Part shown: positions 31,813 to 41,821 of the stretch, one piece after another
Position numbering within the stretch: the stretch's first letter is position 1
Layout: each line of letters starts with the position of its first letter
NCBI GenBank assembly: GCA_965222375.1
Contig: CBDCTZ010000012.1
Span: forward strand, 640,001-704,000
Origin: Polyangiaceae bacterium
GTDB taxonomy: Bacteria; Myxococcota_A; Polyangia; Polyangiales; Polyangiaceae
Direction of reading: 5' to 3'
Length of the DNA: 64,000 nucleotides
Notes under the pieces: generated by a model
Told to the model about the DNA's origin: nothing
Seen by the model: the letters and a program-made list of their open reading frames with translations, nothing else
Database searches by the model: none
Made by a program: the position numbers and the translations under genes

Positions 31813-31835
31813 CTTATATGCATGATGCATATAAG
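31813..31835. promoter_or_regulatory. Perfect AT-rich inverted repeat, candidate operator
   Basis: CTTATATGCA-TGA-TGCATATAAG. Confidence 0.6.
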
Positions 31836-32034
31836 CTGCGTCGACCTTCGGCTGGCGCCTGTCCACACGGCTCACGGTTCATCACGTCTTGATCGCTGGG
31901 GCCTCGGCGAGCGGAAGGCTTTCACCAACCGGGGTTTCTTCGAGGCCATCAGCAGGGGGGCTACGCTCACGGGCGGGTTGGACGGAGATCTTGGGGGAAC
32001 GACACGGGGGGAGCCAAGCCCCGGCACAAATGGC

Positions 32035-33060
32035 CTATGGAACCGACCAGGTGTTCCCCGAGTTGAGCAGCTCTTCCAAGCTGCCCTTGCCGTTCTTCTT
32101 TTCGGAAGCGAGGCGCTGCTCGACTAGGGTGGCGTCGTAGGAGGGCTTGTCCACGGAATAGAGCACACCGAGGGCCACGGGGAACGCCGGGAAGGGCATG
32201 CGCGCGAGCATGTAGGCGAGAGTCGGGTTGGTCTGGTCGTGGAGCAGCACGTCGGACTCGCTTGCTCCACCCTCGCCCACTTCCACGACCTTCAGGCCCA
32301 AAGTGCGGGGATCGATCACGAGGCCTTTGGTTTTTTCTTTTCCAAACAGAAGCGGCTCGCCATGCTCGACGCGAATGGTCGCCTCTGCGCGGTTCACTTT
32401 CTCACGGAAAGCGTCGAACGCTCCGTCGTTGAACACGTTGCAGTTCTGGTACACCTCGATGAAGGAGGCACCATCGTGTTTGGCGCAGCGCCGCAGCATC
32501 TCCGTCAAGTGTGGGGCGTCCACATCGATGGAGCGGGCGACAAAGCTTGCCGAACAGCCGATGGCGAAAGTAGCCGGGTCTACGGGGAAGTCCACTGAGC
32601 CCGTGGGTGAGCTTTTCGTGACCTTGCCGGCCTCACTCGTGGGAGAGTACTGACCCTTGGTCAGGCCGTAGATCCGATTGTTGAACATGATCACGTTCAC
32701 ATCGGCGTTGCGGCGCAAGCAGTGCATCAGGTGGTTGCCACCAATGCTCAAACCATCGCCATCCCCGGTGATGATCCAGACGTTCAAGTCCGGATTCGCG
32801 GCCTTGACGCCCATGGCGATGGCTGGCGCACGCCCGTGAATGGTGTGAAACCCGTAGGTGTTCATGTAGTAGGGGAACCGGCTGGAGCAGCCGATGCCGC
32901 TGACAAATACCGTTTGTTCTCGGGGATAGCCGAGCTCGGGCATGATGCGTTGCACGATGGCTAGAATCGAATAGTCCCCACAGCCTGGACACCAGCGGAC
33001 GTCTTGGTCCGACTCGAAGTCTTTCTTCGTGAGCTTGGGAGCGGCAACGACGTTGGACAT
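32035..33060 (-). CDS. korB: 2-oxoacid:ferredoxin oxidoreductase subunit beta
   Basis: WCPGCGD, SGIGCSSR, HTIHGR, GDGD, YGLTKGQYSPT. Confidence 0.93.
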   Translation of the reverse strand: MSNVVAAPKLTKKDFESDQDVRWCPGCGDYSILAIVQRIMPELGYPREQTVFVSGIGCSSRFPYYMNTYGFHTIHGRAPAIAMGVKAANPDLNVWIITGDGDGLSIGGNHLMHCLRRNADVNVIMFNNRIYGLTKGQYSPTSEAGKVTKSSPTGSVDFPVDPATFAIGCSASFVARSIDVDAPHLTEMLRRCAKHDGASFIEVYQNCNVFNDGAFDAFREKVNRAEATIRVEHGEPLLFGKEKTKGLVIDPRTLGLKVVEVGEGGASESDVLLHDQTNPTLAYMLARMPFPAFPVALGVLYSVDKPSYDATLVEQRLASEKKNGKGSLEELLNSGNTWSVP

Positions 33061-33063
33061 GAT

Positions 33064-34932
33064 TCAGCTCTCCATGGTGTGAAGGATGCGCTCTTCAATC
33101 TCTTCGATGCGGAAAGGCATGCCCTGGATCTTGGGGTAGCTTTCAGCTGGAACAAGGAACTCGGAGCGAATGATCTTCACCAGCTGGCCCAGGTTCATCT
33201 CCGGAATGAGCACCCGCTCGAAGTGCCCCAGCATGTCGCCTAGGTTCTTTGGGAATGGGTTGAGATAGCGCAGATGGGCGTGAGAAACGGATAGCCCGCG
33301 CGCGCGACAGCGCGAAACGGCTTCCCGAATCGAGCCGTAGGTGGAACCCCAACCCAAGACCAGGAGCTTGCCGCTGTCGTCTCCGACCTCGATCTTCAGT
33401 TCGGGCGCGTCGTCGGCAATCCTCTCGATCTTGGCTGCGCGGGTCTTGCACATCAGCTCGTGGTTCTCCGGGTCGTAGCTGATGTGGCCGGTCTTGTAGC
33501 TCTTCTCGATGCCACCGATGCGGTGCATCAGCTCGGGCGTTCCGGGAATGGCCCAGGGACGGGACAAGGTCTCTTCATCCCGTAGGAAGGGTTGAAAGCC
33601 CTTCGGGTCGGTGCGGAAACTGACCGGGATCTTGGGTAGCTTGGAGACGTCCGGGATGAGCCAAGGTTCCGCGCCGTTGGCCAGGTAGCCGTCGGTCAGA
33701 ACGATGACCGGCGTCATGTACTTGACCGCGATTCTCACCGCCTCCAGAGCGACGTAGAAACAGTCGCCAGGGGAGCATGCCGCGAGCACACACACGGGTG
33801 CTTCGCCGTTGCGGCCGTACATGGCTTGAAACAGATCCGCTTGTTCCGTCTTGGTGGGCAGGCCGGTGCTCGGGCCACCGCGCTGGATGTTGACGACTAC
33901 CAGGGGCAACTCCGTCGAGACCGCTAGCCCGATTGCTTCGCCCTTCAGCGCGATACCTGGCCCGCTCGACGTGGTGATGCCGATTGCCCCAGCGTAGCTC
34001 GAGCCGATGGCGAGACAGACCGCCGCGATTTCGTCTTCGGCTTGAATCGTGGTCACGCCGAAGTGTTTGTACCGCGACAGTTCGTGCAGCACGTCGCTGG
34101 CCGGGGTGATTGGGTAGGCTCCGAGCACGATCGGGCGTTGAGACAGCTCCGCGGCGGCTACGAATCCCCAGGCAAGAGCGATGTTGCCACCGATGTTCCG
34201 ATATTTGCCCGGGGCCACCTCTGCCGCCGGGACCTGATAGCGGTAGTGGGAAATCTCTGCGGTTTCGCCGTAGGCGTGCCCGGCCTTCAAGGCTGCGATG
34301 TTGGCCTGAACGACATCCGGGCGCTTCTTGAACTTGCTCTCGACCCACTTGATGGTGGGAGTCAAGTCCCGGCCGTAGATCCAGAACATCAGGCCCAGGG
34401 TCCAGAAGTTCTTGCAGCGATCCGCCTCCTTGCGATTCAGCCCGGACTCCGCGACTGCCGCCTGAGTGCTTTTGGAGATGTCGATGGCGACGATGGAGTA
34501 GCCGTCCAAGCCGTTATCATCGAGCGGGCTCTTCTCGTAGCCCGCTTTCTTGAGATTCAGCGGCGTGAACGCGCTCGTGTTGACGATCAGCAAGCCGCCG
34601 GGCTTCAGATCCGGGAGATTCGTCTTCAGCGCTGCTGGGTTCATCGCGACGAGGACGTCGGGCCGATCCCCGGGCGTGAACACGTCCTTGGCGGCGAAGT
34701 TGATTTGGAATCCGCTGACGCCGTAGAGAGTGCCGGCAGGGGCGCGGATTTCTGCGGGGAAGTCCGGGAAGGTCGCTAGGTCGTTGCCGGCAAGCGCTGC
34801 GGCAACGGTGAACTGCGAGCCCGTGACCTGCATGCCATCACCGGAGTCTCCCGCGAATCGAACCACGGCGCCGGGGAGGACTTGTGCGGCCTGCTTGTTC
34901 GAGGCCGCAGCGTGGCGTTCTGCGTTGGCCAT
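33064..34932 (-). CDS. korA: 2-oxoacid:ferredoxin oxidoreductase subunit alpha (gamma-alpha fusion)
   Basis: FAGDSGDGMQ, YPITPASD, QAEDEIAA, QRGGPSTGLPTK. Confidence 0.93.
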   Translation of the reverse strand: MANAERHAAASNKQAAQVLPGAVVRFAGDSGDGMQVTGSQFTVAAALAGNDLATFPDFPAEIRAPAGTLYGVSGFQINFAAKDVFTPGDRPDVLVAMNPAALKTNLPDLKPGGLLIVNTSAFTPLNLKKAGYEKSPLDDNGLDGYSIVAIDISKSTQAAVAESGLNRKEADRCKNFWTLGLMFWIYGRDLTPTIKWVESKFKKRPDVVQANIAALKAGHAYGETAEISHYRYQVPAAEVAPGKYRNIGGNIALAWGFVAAAELSQRPIVLGAYPITPASDVLHELSRYKHFGVTTIQAEDEIAAVCLAIGSSYAGAIGITTSSGPGIALKGEAIGLAVSTELPLVVVNIQRGGPSTGLPTKTEQADLFQAMYGRNGEAPVCVLAACSPGDCFYVALEAVRIAVKYMTPVIVLTDGYLANGAEPWLIPDVSKLPKIPVSFRTDPKGFQPFLRDEETLSRPWAIPGTPELMHRIGGIEKSYKTGHISYDPENHELMCKTRAAKIERIADDAPELKIEVGDDSGKLLVLGWGSTYGSIREAVSRCRARGLSVSHAHLRYLNPFPKNLGDMLGHFERVLIPEMNLGQLVKIIRSEFLVPAESYPKIQGMPFRIEEIEERILHTMES

Positions 34933-35134
34933 GTATCGTCTTCAAACCTCGTGAGCGAATTGGTCGGAGCAATTTGCGCGACTACTTCCCCTCAGAGCAG
35001 GGCGCCTGCGAGGTCCCGCCATAACGGCGGGGCCGGGCATTTCTTAAGACTATTCGGGCTGAGGGCTAGCACTTGCCGCGTCTCGCGTCACCTTTCCTTG
35101 GTGCCCCGGCCGGCCGGATGGTGGGTAGGCCGGC

Positions 35135-35578
35135 TCAGGATGGGACGTGGCGGTCGAGCATCTCGCCAAGGCGCGGCGCAGCGGCTTCTACGTGCTTTTT
35201 CGCGGTTGGGCGCAGCTTCAAGTAGGTCTTCTTGATCATGGCCCGCTGGGCGGTTTCGGCGCGCTTGTCCGTGATCGCCAGCAGGGCGTCGGCCACCCGC
35301 GAGCCATTGGCTCGAAGATGGGCACCGGGCTTGACGTCCTCGTTCTTCGCCTCCTGATACAAGGGGTCCAGAGCGTCCAAAAAGTCGTCCAGAAGGTGGT
35401 CCACGACCTCCGGAATGAAGCCGGGCTTCACACCTTTGACGAGCTTGTAGGCACCCTTGATGGCGATGCCACTCACACCGGATTTGTCCCCGACCTCCAA
35501 ATCCAGGACTCTGCATGCGTCCTCGACGACTTCCCCACGCTTGTCCCCCTGGGCGGCCAGTTCCTTCAATGTCGGCAT
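35135..35578 (-). CDS. Hypothetical alpha-helical protein
   Basis: ATG MPTLKEL..; EVGDKSGVSGIAIKGAY..LLAITD; coding-like bias. Confidence 0.7.
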   Translation of the reverse strand: MPTLKELAAQGDKRGEVVEDACRVLDLEVGDKSGVSGIAIKGAYKLVKGVKPGFIPEVVDHLLDDFLDALDPLYQEAKNEDVKPGAHLRANGSRVADALLAITDKRAETAQRAMIKKTYLKLRPTAKKHVEAAAPRLGEMLDRHVPS

Positions 35579-35789
35579 CGGGCGTAGCCCTTGCCCGAAT
35601 CTGGCTCCGAAAGCAACACCGCGGCTAGTTGGATGCCCCCTCTCGCGAGGGGGACAATGTAGGCCTGTGGGCGTCAAGTAGCCGAATGTGCGAAGCAATC
35701 CTGGGTGCGCAGAGTGGGCGCATACGGCTGAGGGCTGGTACGATGGAAGCTGGCTCCGCCGGTCGGTTGCCGGCGCTAGGGCTCCATCC

Positions 35790-37484
35790 GTGCAGTCAGT
35801 CGATTTCTCTACGCCCCCTGAGGAGCTGAAACGCGGCACGCGTCTCGGTCAGTACGAGCTATTGCTACGCATTGGGCGGGGCGGCATGGCGACGGTGTGG
35901 GTGGCGCGCCAGCCGGGCCCGACCCGGGAGCAAGACCGGTTGGTTGCGGTCAAAGCCATCTTGAGCGACCTGGCTGGGGATCAGGAATTCGTGAAGATGT
36001 TCCTGGATGAGGGCCGCATCGTGCGCCTGATACGCCACGCCAACGTCGTGGACGTGTACGAGGTTGGTCAAGACCGCGGAGTGATGTTCATGTCCATGGA
36101 GTGGGTGGAGGGGGACACTCTCCACGCCATCATTGCCGAGGCGGGCAAGCGACGACCCATACCGTGGGAGATGGGAGTGCGCATCATCGCGGATGCGGCC
36201 TCCGGGCTGCACGCCGCCCACGAGCTTCGCGACGACCAGGGGCAATTGATGAACGTCGTTCACCGCGACGTATCCCCGCACAACATCCTGATCGGCGCCG
36301 ATGGCGCCATCAAGCTCGTGGACTTTGGCGTTGCGCGGGCCATGGGCCGGATTTCGGAAGTTACTAGTGCCGGACAGCTCAAGGGGAAGTTTGGCTACAT
36401 GTCGCCAGAGCAGGCGATGGCGCGTAAAACCGACCGGCGCGCGGACGTGTTTGCTTTGGGCATCGTTCTCTTCGAATTGACCACGGGCCGTCGGCTATTC
36501 CGTGGCGAGCACGATGCGGAGACCTTGCACTTGGTGGTTTCCGGCAAGATCCCCCCACCAAGCAGCTTCGATCCCAAGTACCCGAAGGCCCTCGAGAGCA
36601 TCGTGATGAAGGCCCTGGAACGGGATCTCGACAAGCGCTACGCCACTGCGCTGCAGTTGCAGGACGCCCTCGAGGCCTTCCTGAAGTCCGAGCGCGTGGT
36701 GGTGCCTCGTGCAGGGGTTGCCAATCTGCTCAGAAAAGTCCTTGGCCAGCGCATGGATCAGCGCCGCAAGGCCATTCGCAGCGCCCTGCGAGCCATCGAT
36801 GGCGAGGTGCCGATGGGCAGCAACGTGCCTCCCAGCGATCCCATCGCGGCTTCGGCGCCTCCATCAGAGCACGCCAGCGTCAGCTCTGTGACCAGCCCGA
36901 GCGCCGTGGCTGGTCCGCCGTCGTCGCCATCCTCGCCGAGTGGCCTGTCCAACGCGTCTGGAGTCAGCACCAGCGGTACGCGCCCTGCGGGCCAGGGCGT
37001 ATACGACGGTGGGTTCTCCGCGTCTCAGCTATCCAGCACGTCGCAGCTCTCCAACCCGTCTCAATCCGCGCGCAGTGGCGCGGGCTACACCCCAAGTCCC
37101 ACCATCGTCGTCAAGCGTGGTGGGATCCTTGGCTATGTGATCGGAGTCATCGGGCTCGCGGTCGCTCTGGCGGTGATGCTCTACTTCGTGCTCAATCCTC
37201 AGCGTCGCACGACGATCCTCAATCTGGGCCAGAGCGCGGCTCCCGCGCAGCCGCCGCCCACGGAAATCGAATCCACCGCGCCGGATGAAGCCGTGCAGCT
37301 GCCGCAGCCTTCGGCGGCGCCGTCGAGTTCGGTCCCGCCGAAGCCGCCGGCGAAAGCGCAAAAGCCGGCCCCGCGAGCCGCGCCGCGGAAGCCTTGGCGC
37401 CCGCCGCCAAAGACCGCGCCCGCGCCGAAACCTCAGGCGCCCGCGCCGGGCGCAGCTCCGCCCCGCAAGAACCCGTACGAATAG
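35790..37484 (+). CDS. Membrane Ser/Thr protein kinase
   Basis: GRGGMATV, VAVK, HRDVSPHN, DFG, YMSPEQ; TM then Pro-rich tail; start approximate. Confidence 0.93.
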   Translation: MQSVDFSTPPEELKRGTRLGQYELLLRIGRGGMATVWVARQPGPTREQDRLVAVKAILSDLAGDQEFVKMFLDEGRIVRLIRHANVVDVYEVGQDRGVMFMSMEWVEGDTLHAIIAEAGKRRPIPWEMGVRIIADAASGLHAAHELRDDQGQLMNVVHRDVSPHNILIGADGAIKLVDFGVARAMGRISEVTSAGQLKGKFGYMSPEQAMARKTDRRADVFALGIVLFELTTGRRLFRGEHDAETLHLVVSGKIPPPSSFDPKYPKALESIVMKALERDLDKRYATALQLQDALEAFLKSERVVVPRAGVANLLRKVLGQRMDQRRKAIRSALRAIDGEVPMGSNVPPSDPIAASAPPSEHASVSSVTSPSAVAGPPSSPSSPSGLSNASGVSTSGTRPAGQGVYDGGFSASQLSSTSQLSNPSQSARSGAGYTPSPTIVVKRGGILGYVIGVIGLAVALAVMLYFVLNPQRRTTILNLGQSAAPAQPPPTEIESTAPDEAVQLPQPSAAPSSSVPPKPPAKAQKPAPRAAPRKPWRPPPKTAPAPKPQAPAPGAAPPRKNPYE

Positions 37485-37507
37485 TCCGCGCGCTGGGGCA
37501 CTGCGTT

Positions 37508-38692
37508 TTATTGCGGGTCTTTGGGGACCCTGCGGATGTCTCCGCTGGCGGTGGTGTAGACCAGGACGCTACCTGCGCCGAGCACATGCTCGGGGCCTCC
37601 GTCTTCGGGAGCGACTTGGGTCACCGTTCCACCTGAGGCTTGTACGCTGAACACGCCACCTCCCGCGTTCGTGCCCTTGGCGCCGCTCGCAGCCCAGGCC
37701 ACTTTCCCCGCAAAGGCGGTAACGTTGCCCACACCGACAAAGCCACCGGCTAGCTGTGATTCCGGCGTGGACCCGGCGACGCAGCCCGAGTCCAGGGGTT
37801 TTTTCCAAACGCTGCCACTGGAGCGCGTGTAGTAGAGGTTCACCGCATCTGCTGTGACGCCAACGGCGTCGACGACGCTCGCACTCAGCGCTGACACGCG
37901 GGCTCCGCCGCTGGTGGGTAGCACCCACAGGTTGCCGTTGCTGGCCCAGTACACGCAGGTCGGTGTCGCGACGACCGCGCCTCCCGTTTCCGCACTCCCG
38001 GCTACAAATAGGTTTTCCGCTGGCGCTGGACCACCAGCCAAGCTGAAGCGCAACAAGGCTACGGAACCTTGGGCGGCCTTGGCGGTCACGTAGGCAAAGC
38101 TGTCCGAGGCCGCAAAGATCCCCGTCGGGGTTTCCACGGTGCCTGACGTGGAGACGGTTCCGGTGCTCCCACCGGCCTTCGCCGCGCGTTCGAGCACGGC
38201 GCTGTCAGCGCTGACGCCGGCGGAGAAGACGTTCAAAGATCCGGAGAGGGTGGCCAGGGCCTGGGGCTGACTCAGTTGAACCCCGGGCACGGCCGCGCCG
38301 GCTCCACCACTGAGGGAGTAGCGGGTGAGAGTCGCTGCGGTGGCGTCCACTTCGGCTGCGAAGATGTCTTTGTTGTCAGCGGCGATGGCAGCGCGGGCGC
38401 CTCCGATCAGACTCGTCACGACCGTGACGGGGTACTTGGCGGGGTCATAGGGCACCACACCGGCATCCGTTCCGGAGTCCGCGGGCGGCACTCCACCGGT
38501 GCCACCGCCGGTGCCGCCGCCTCCGGTTCCTCCGCCGCCAGTGCCGCCACCGCCACTTCCCCCGGCGCCGGCGCTGCCCGCGCCGCCGTCCTTGGCGTCC
38601 AAGAGGGACTCGTCCAAGGTTTTCAGGCAGCCCGAGGCCGAACCAACAAACACGACCAAAGCCAAGGTGGAACCTGCGTGGCTATCCAACAT
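37508..38692 (-). CDS. Lipoprotein with Gly-rich linker and beta-propeller-like repeats
   Basis: Lipobox ASGC; GGGTG repeats; repeated VYW/LYY/VAW strands. Confidence 0.7.
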   Translation of the reverse strand: MLDSHAGSTLALVVFVGSASGCLKTLDESLLDAKDGGAGSAGAGGSGGGGTGGGGTGGGGTGGGTGGVPPADSGTDAGVVPYDPAKYPVTVVTSLIGGARAAIAADNKDIFAAEVDATAATLTRYSLSGGAGAAVPGVQLSQPQALATLSGSLNVFSAGVSADSAVLERAAKAGGSTGTVSTSGTVETPTGIFAASDSFAYVTAKAAQGSVALLRFSLAGGPAPAENLFVAGSAETGGAVVATPTCVYWASNGNLWVLPTSGGARVSALSASVVDAVGVTADAVNLYYTRSSGSVWKKPLDSGCVAGSTPESQLAGGFVGVGNVTAFAGKVAWAASGAKGTNAGGGVFSVQASGGTVTQVAPEDGGPEHVLGAGSVLVYTTASGDIRRVPKDPQ

Positions 38693-38730
38693 TCGGTTGA
38701 ATGCATGATAGCATTGAACAGGAAAAACCA

Positions 38731-39702
38731 ATGGTCTTCGTTCGATTGCGCGCCATCGTCGTTGCTTGTTCCCTATGCCTGTCGGGTCCGCTCGTGGCCC
38801 AGAGCGCATTCGCTGCGGCCGGCGAGAAAGACGATGCCAGACGCTTCTTCAAGGCAGGCCAGAAGGCGTTCGCGGCGGGTCGCTACGAGGAGGCGGCCCG
38901 CGCTTTTGAAGAGGCGTTCCGTCTGGCACCGCACCCCGCGCCGTTGATCAACGCAGGGGACTCCTACGAAAAGGCAGGGGAACTCGCGCTCGCGGCACGC
39001 ACTTACCAGCGCGTGCTCGACCTAGAGCGCTCCGGTGAGCAAGACCGACAAGACGCGACGGACCGCCTGGCCAAGCTCAGCCCCAAACTTGCCGTGATCC
39101 AGCTATCGGGCGAGGAGAGCGTGCGGGTGCGAATCGACGAAGACGAATTCAACGGCAATCAGCGAGTCTACGTCGCAGCCGGCGAGCATGACGTCACGTT
39201 GATCGACGTTGATGGCGCGAAAACCAAGCGCGTGGATATCGCCGCCGGCAGCACACGGACCGTCAGCATCGATTCCCTCAGGCCCGCGGAGGGGGGGGAG
39301 GGCGGAAGCGGTAGCGACGGCGAAGCTTCCGAGGGCGGCGATCCGGGAGAGGATACCGGTGCCGACGCTGGGGCCAAGGCCGGCGGAATCGCGCCGCTGA
39401 CCTGGGTGGCCTTGGGGGTGGGGGTGGCGGGGGCCGGTGCCGCTGTCTACTTCGGCTTGCAGGTCAATGACGCGGAGAGCGCCTATAACGACAAGCCGAA
39501 CCAAGACGACCTGGATCGCTTCAACTCCAACAAGTTGCTCACCAATGTGAGCATTGGTGTGTCTGCCGTGGGCCTCGGCCTCGGCACGTACTTCTTGATC
39601 CGCGATCTCGGCAAGAAAGAGCCGGCGACTGCACGACGCAGCTTCGTAGACGTCGCCCCGGTTCCGGGCGGCGCGGTCGTGGTGTCTCGCGGTCGCTTCT
39701 GA
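38731..39702 (+). CDS. Secreted TPR-repeat protein with PEGA-like domain and C-terminal hydrophobic segments
   Basis: Signal peptide; FKAGQKAFAAGRYEEAARAFEEAF TPR; AGEHDV. Confidence 0.75.
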   Translation: MVFVRLRAIVVACSLCLSGPLVAQSAFAAAGEKDDARRFFKAGQKAFAAGRYEEAARAFEEAFRLAPHPAPLINAGDSYEKAGELALAARTYQRVLDLERSGEQDRQDATDRLAKLSPKLAVIQLSGEESVRVRIDEDEFNGNQRVYVAAGEHDVTLIDVDGAKTKRVDIAAGSTRTVSIDSLRPAEGGEGGSGSDGEASEGGDPGEDTGADAGAKAGGIAPLTWVALGVGVAGAGAAVYFGLQVNDAESAYNDKPNQDDLDRFNSNKLLTNVSIGVSAVGLGLGTYFLIRDLGKKEPATARRSFVDVAPVPGGAVVVSRGRF

Positions 39703-39708
39703 GCGGGC

Positions 39709-41727
39709 TCAGAAGCCCGGGAAGCTGCAGGGGCCGTTGCAGGTGTTCTTGACTTGGCCCGTGCGCAAGAAGATGTCCGTTTGCTCTTGGTTTTCAGGAA
39801 GCGAGCGAATGTCCCCGTGCACGTCGTTATCCGAGGTGGGAGTGGCATTGGTGAGCGGCGGGGGATCTCGCTCGAGGTCCCAGAAGCTGATGGCGCTCGT
39901 CTCGCCACCGCTGGTCTCCTCTAGGCCCCAGACTTTCTTCGCGCTTGGCACGACGATGGGGATCTGCATCGTGCGGGCTTGAATTTCCGCCGCCAGGTTC
40001 GCCACCTGAGAATCGCCCACGGCGATCTGACTGAGAATGCGCTTCTTGCTGGTGCCGGGGAGGGGCTCGTGTGCGCCCGACGCCCACGCAGTGCCCGAGC
40101 CCTCTGAGGGGTCGAAGGGGGGTTGCCACAGCGCCATGAGCAGCTGCTGGTCGACCCGATCCGGATAGGCGTTGCGGATGGCCGGGAAGAAACCATCCCA
40201 GTTGACGCTGCGTTGAATCATGAGTGAGTAGGCGGACCCACCGACCTGGATTACGCCTCGATCGATGTCGGGTGAGTAGGCCAGCAAGCTGGCTCCCATG
40301 ATGCCGCCCTGGGAAATGCCGTAGTAGTAGACCTCCCAGGGGCTGACGACGGCACTCTTGCCGCCGGGGAGCATCGCTTGGGGATCCGCAACGATGGCCT
40401 TGGCCGTTCGGGTCAAGACCATGAAGTTGACGAGGGACTGTTGCAGCCGGTGGCCGACGAATTTGAAGCGATTGATGTCCTGCACACCGAGCCAGGCGGC
40501 ATTGTTCTGACCGATGCCACCCTCCTCTTGCTCGGACAGCCCAATCCAGTCCGTGCCGATGCACACATAGCCCTTTTCGTTGCAGAAGCGGCGCACGTGA
40601 CCACTGGAGACCTGGTCGGCGGCGCCCAACAACCCGTGGCCGTACACCAAGAGCGGGTAAGGTCCTTTGGTGGGAGCGCTGGCGGGGATCACGAGTTCGA
40701 AAGGGTATTCAGCGTTTTCGACGATCTCGGGCAGCCCGTCGGCCCCGAGCATGAGCTCCGTCTCGGCGACGGTGCGATCGTTTTCGGTGAGGAAACTCGG
40801 CAAGGTGAAGCTGCCTCGAATTCGCTTCCAGATTTCGGCATTGGGAGTGTCCTCCACGCTCGTGATCGTGAAGCCGAGGCCCTTGTCTCCTACTTTGTCC
40901 AGGGCCTTGTCCCGCATCGCCACGACGTTGCGCGTCAGCTGGTCCAGGCTTGCGGTGCGGAAGTCCCAGGCGAGCAACACGTCGCTCCTGGCCACATCGT
41001 GCTTGGCAAGTTCGTCTAGCACTTCGGCCGCTCCGCTCAGGCTCCGTGCGATTCGCGGATCAGAACTTCGCGCTCCTGCGAGCGCCTGCTCGAAACCGGC
41101 AGGCCTGGCGGGCGTTTCACCGGCCGAAGTCTCGAGCTTGTTGGTAACCGCCACGCCGTAGTGGCCGCCGGGGCGCAAGTGGCTGGCCGGTCGGATCATC
41201 AGTGGCTGACGATCTGTGGGCTCGATGTCGGCGGAAAGATCGAGCTCGGAGAAGTGCGGAACCAGGGTGCCGTTGTCCAAATCCACCAGCAGAGTTGCGC
41301 TGTCTTTCGACAGGCTTTGGGTGAAGTCCGACTGAGAGGGCAGAGAGCCCGCGTCGAGCTTCTCCGGGAAGTAGGCCAAGATGGGCGTAGCCGGCGAAAA
41401 CCCGTCGGTGCGATTGTGCTCGGTCGGGTCGAACGCTTTGTCCGTCGCGAGGGATGGGGACAGCACTTCGGGCTCCAGTGCCACTCGGTATCCAGTCGTG
41501 GTCGCGTCATCGACGACCTGATAGGCGGAGGACGGGAAGGGAAGTCCACACGCGCCCGCGGCACGAAAGGGGTGGCATTGCTCCGACAGGCCGTCGCTGA
41601 CCGGGCGGAACTCCGGGCGGGCTTGGTCGGTTTCGCCATCGCCGCAGCCGATGCAGGTCAGTGTGATCGCCAGCGCGGCGGATCGACTTTGCCGAAGGAT
41701 TGAACTGCAGAGTTCGGAGGTCGTCAT
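39709..41727 (-). CDS. Lipoprotein alpha/beta-hydrolase (lipase-like)
   Basis: Lipobox CIGC; DGFSP; YGHGLLG oxyanion region; YYGISQGG nucleophile elbow. Confidence 0.75.
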   Translation of the reverse strand: MTTSELCSSILRQSRSAALAITLTCIGCGDGETDQARPEFRPVSDGLSEQCHPFRAAGACGLPFPSSAYQVVDDATTTGYRVALEPEVLSPSLATDKAFDPTEHNRTDGFSPATPILAYFPEKLDAGSLPSQSDFTQSLSKDSATLLVDLDNGTLVPHFSELDLSADIEPTDRQPLMIRPASHLRPGGHYGVAVTNKLETSAGETPARPAGFEQALAGARSSDPRIARSLSGAAEVLDELAKHDVARSDVLLAWDFRTASLDQLTRNVVAMRDKALDKVGDKGLGFTITSVEDTPNAEIWKRIRGSFTLPSFLTENDRTVAETELMLGADGLPEIVENAEYPFELVIPASAPTKGPYPLLVYGHGLLGAADQVSSGHVRRFCNEKGYVCIGTDWIGLSEQEEGGIGQNNAAWLGVQDINRFKFVGHRLQQSLVNFMVLTRTAKAIVADPQAMLPGGKSAVVSPWEVYYYGISQGGIMGASLLAYSPDIDRGVIQVGGSAYSLMIQRSVNWDGFFPAIRNAYPDRVDQQLLMALWQPPFDPSEGSGTAWASGAHEPLPGTSKKRILSQIAVGDSQVANLAAEIQARTMQIPIVVPSAKKVWGLEETSGGETSAISFWDLERDPPPLTNATPTSDNDVHGDIRSLPENQEQTDIFLRTGQVKNTCNGPCSFPGF

Positions 41728-41821
41728 ATTTTCTGGGCATGGTGCCCGCCTTCCCGGACCGCCACAAGCCCCGGCGCCGCGGCCAAGACTCCGGCCCCCG
41801 CGGTGCTGAACCGGTGCGGCG

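Noticed and set aside
31836..32034. Possible structured RNA (6S-like) or stop-codon read-through extension of korB
   Set aside because: No convincing long stem or conserved motif seen; an open frame after the TAG is unremarkable at this GC content.
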